Part shown: positions 60,597 through 64,000 of the stretch, in pieces
How the letters are laid out: every line of letters starts with the position of its first letter
Position numbering within the stretch: the stretch's first letter is position 1
DNA from: the human T2T-CHM13v2.0 reference genome, Homo sapiens
Reading direction: 5' to 3' (one strand)
NCBI RefSeq assembly: GCF_009914755.1
Contig: NC_060928.1
Length of the DNA: 64,000 nt
Translations under genes and position numbers: made by a program
Notes under the pieces: generated by a model
Told to the model about the DNA's origin: nothing
The model's database searches: none
What the model saw: the letters and a program-made list of their open reading frames with translations, nothing else

Positions 60597-60629
60597 GTGT
60601 TATCCCTTTTCATGGATTTTCAATGTATG
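60597..60629 (+). CDS. TBC1D19: TBC1D19 coding exon (33 nt, phase 1-1): (G)VIPFHGFSMY
   Basis: T12-AG|GT acceptor, ATG|GTAAGT donor, frame continuous with the 45-nt exon. Confidence 0.9.
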
Positions 60630-60900
60630 GTAAGTTGGGCTTTAAAAACATCATAATGTACACAAAACATACAATGTTATCTGTCAATTTAAAAAATAAT
60701 GACTGACAGATATAATTGTTTTACTATAGTAAAACAATAAAGGAAAAAATAAAGTGAAATGCATGCTAGTTCCCCATAGGGGCTTCATTTTTTTTAATTA
60801 TTATTTTTATTACACATTAGAAAATTGAACAAAAAGAACACCACTTTATTTCTAATCACCCACAAGTTATTATGAACGTTTTAAAATGTTGAGTTTAATA

Positions 60901-60949
60901 GTCCAGGCGTGGTGGCTCACGCTTGTAATCTCAGCATTTTGGGAGGCTG
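60901..60949 (+). mobile_element. Alu 5' head only (49 nt), fused to L1
   Basis: GTCCAGGCGTGGTGGCTCACGCTTGTAATCTCAGCATTTTGGGAGGCTG, then L1 sequence immediately. Confidence 0.9.
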
Positions 60950-61695
60950 CTGGCCATCAGAGAAATGCAAATCAAAACCACAATGAGATACCATCTCACA
61001 CCAGTTAGAATGGCAATCATTAAAAAGTCAGGAAACAATAGGTGCTGGAGAGGATGTGGAGAAATAGGAACACTTTTACACTGTTGGTGGGACTGTAAAC
61101 TAGTTCAACCATTGTGGAAGTCAGTGTGGCGATTCCTCAGGGATCTAGAACTAGAAATACCATTTGACCCAGCCATCCCATTACTGGGTATATACCCAAA
61201 GGACTATAAATCATGCTGCTATAAAGACACATGCACATGTATGTTTATTGTGGCATTATTCACAATAGCAAAGACTTGGAACCAACCCAAATGTCTAACA
61301 ATGATAGACTGGATTAAGAAAATGTGGCACATATACACCATGGAATACTATGCAGCCATAAAAAATGATGAGTTCATGTCCTTTGTAGGGACATGGATGA
61401 AATTGGAAATCATCATTCTCAGTAAACTATCGCAAGAACAAAAAACCAAACACCGCATATTCTCATTCATAGGTGGGAATTGAACAATGAGATCACATGG
61501 ACACAGGAAGGGGAACATCACACTCTGGGGACTGTTGTGGGGTTGGGGGAGGGGGGAGGGATAGCATTGGGAGATATACCTAATGCTAGATGACAAGTTA
61601 GTGGGTGCAGCGCACCAGCATGGCACATGTATACGTATGTAACTAACCTGCACAATGTGCACATGTACCCTAAAACTTAAAGTATAATAAAAAAA
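60950..61695 (+). mobile_element. 5'-truncated young L1 (L1PA2/3-like), sense
   Basis: Uninterrupted ORF2 C-terminus (60965-61483, ...FIGGN*); 3'UTR with GAGATCACATGG, TTGGGAGATATACC and ACTAACC; AATAAA plus short A tail. Confidence 0.94.
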
Positions 61696-64000
61696 TAGAA
61701 CATACTGTGAAAATGGTCCTGTGGTTTACCATTTTTTAGTCCAATGGAAACTAGAGATACATATTAATATTTAGCTCTAATAGGTGTAAAATCAGATGGC
61801 TTAAATTCCTAAGGTAATTCTCTTAAGAGTTTTTTGAAAATAATAGGTCAGAAAGAATGCTAAGGAAGGAACAGTACTGAGTTTGAGCTCATGATTTCTC
61901 CAGGCTACTTATATGCACAGCCACAATTACATCAGAGCATTCAGTCACCTGAGATACACGTGGGTGATGCATATGCAGGCTTGAGAGCTCTGAGTGTCTC
62001 TGAGGCCTCATGTGTCATTAAATGAGGAATGCAAGAAGCTTATGAAGATTAGCAAAAGGAAGAACTCTCTACACTTTAATGCCACTTAATTTTTAAGTTT
62101 TCAAGTGTTACATATAAACTTATTAAAGATTGTTGTCCCCTTTATTTCTACCCCCTACCTTTAGAATGAACAGAAATACATTAATGTTTTGCCTTTGTAC
62201 CAAGAATCTGCAATAAACACTTTTCTTTGTAAACATCAGTGTTCAACATCAGATGGTCGTGGTGAATGACATAATATAAAACTATCGTTCAATGAAAACG
62301 AGTCAAAGTACCTAGGGACTTTATGCTATACTTGGTGTTAGTCACAGGCTTGAATTATAGGGTACTCAGCTTTATTCTCTTGGGCAACCAAAATTTCATA
62401 ACATAATACATAATGTTATAGAGACCTTACAGCGTATTTATCTTATATATGTGAAGAATTTAAAATAGAAAACCAAAAAAGATTAATAATATAAATTTTT
62501 ACATCTAATAATAAAAATGTTCACTTTTTATCTTTCTACTTTAATAGTTCCAACTGCAAAAATTTTTCAAGTAAATCGTTTTTGGAAGTTGTACTTGAAT
62601 GATTTGGAGGATACTTGATGTCATCAAAGTTTAAATCTTCTAGCAAGATCTTCTGGTGTTTAAAATATATCATTGACTCAGCCTCTGCCTATTCACATTT
62701 ATGGTCATTTAAATAGGCTACAGTTTATACACCCAAGGGGAAAGCATTTGCTAACAATGATGCAAAATGTTTGATATGGAATTTATTTATACTATTTTAG
62801 AAAACTATTTTAAACATCCACAAAAACTTTACCAGCAACCACTTATTTAGAACCAGTGTACAAAAATAATCACAAATCATCCCTAAGGAACTCTAGTTAG
62901 TACTTTGCCGTTTCAGTTTTAGTTACTATATTTCTTTAAAATTATAATACTTATCTCTTTTAAACATTGATACAGATCTTTAATGATAGGCTGTCATTAA
63001 AAAGGAAACCAAAAGATAGTAATTTATTTTAAAATTTACTCAGAACTCTTCTCTAATTTAAAATACCTTCTGCTCTTCTATTTATGCAGATTAATGAAGT
63101 TTTATTGTAGGTGTATAGTATATTATGGTGTCATAAATTCCTACAGTATAGTCTTTCATTGGTTTAAAAGATAATTAGCTAAATTTATTTTTATGGAAGA
63201 ACCAAATAGGAAAGGATGCTTAAAATTAAAAATTAAGTCATGTAGAATCTTTTTTACATATAATCTATAATGGACTAAAGCTTTTTCATTTCATAGCTAT
63301 ATAAAGGAATTCAACATAAACAACTGTGGTATCTTGAATAAAAACTAATTGTAAATTTCTTTTATATTTTATGTATTCGTAGAAACATGCTTATTTTAAA
63401 ATTCTCTTTTCATTTCTTCACTGGAAATTTTCATTAATAATTACTGAATCCATACCATCTTCAGATTCAGGTTATAAGTTTTCACATATCAATATCTAAG
63501 AATTGGAGGAAAAAATATGCATCATTTTTTAAAAATAAAGAAGTTCCAAACCTTAGTCTTAGATTTATAATAATACCATATATTTGTACCACACTGTTGT
63601 TTCTTAGGTTGTTATTGTAATTAGAGCATGAGTTACTATTTGTAAATATATGAAATATCCTAATTTGGGCTGTTTTTATAAGTAGCAATTTATTTAATAG
63701 TAAAATAAGTTTTAAAAATTAGTCTTGAAATAGACATACCTGTCTTTTTTAAATTTTATTTATAATACATATTGTAATACATTTTTCTATATATATACAA
63801 GTATGTATTTTTATATGAATTTAGATATTTACCCCCAAAAGTGATTTCTCTTTTGCCCTTCAGAAAAAATAAAAATTCTCACTTGCAATGCTAATTTTTA
63901 ATGACTTATTTATCAGTAATACTGTGCATTGCTGTTTATCCCAGAAAATTGAACTTTTGTGTTTGAAAGAATTTAAAATATTTTACTATTTTTCCTTTTA

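Noticed and set aside
63975-64000. Pyrimidine tract at the window end that could be the next splice acceptor
   Set aside because: The AG and any exon sequence are outside the window, so it cannot be supported.

Overview
Primate genomic DNA, most likely human (AluY, L1PA2/3 and THE1 are present). The window lies inside one + strand protein-coding gene that I recognise as TBC1D19 (TBC/Rab-GAP family). Five short coding exons (75, 63, 85, 45 and 33 nt) have canonical AG/GT boundaries and splice into one open frame: DVLYYEQLKTNVIQHDLLVDSLIYK-DVKLTASNDDYYFVFEDYLYQ-VLLCFSRDTSVLSHFAFNSASPPKSYIRG-KLGLEEYAVFYPPNG-VIPFHGFSMY. The rest is intron rich in transposable elements: a THE1 provirus with a nested MER4-type LTR, a near full-length Tigger1, a full-length sense L1PA, truncated L1s, Alus, and MIR/L2/L3/hAT relics. 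The ORF-track entries I checked are TE remnants or low-complexity artefacts. I see no evidence of a new multi-gene system. The most unusual signals are: (1) shared non-consensus variants suggesting patchy gene conversion between two inverted L1s about 10 kb apart, (2) a ~105-bp inverted duplication with a snap-back junction, (3) an Alu-head/L1 fusion without a TSD, (4) a candidate in-frame cryptic cassette exon, and (5) an 82-bp L1 fragment inside an L2. Subfamily names and consensus comparisons are from memory and need RepeatMasker/Dfam confirmation. Boundaries of ancient repeats are approximate.
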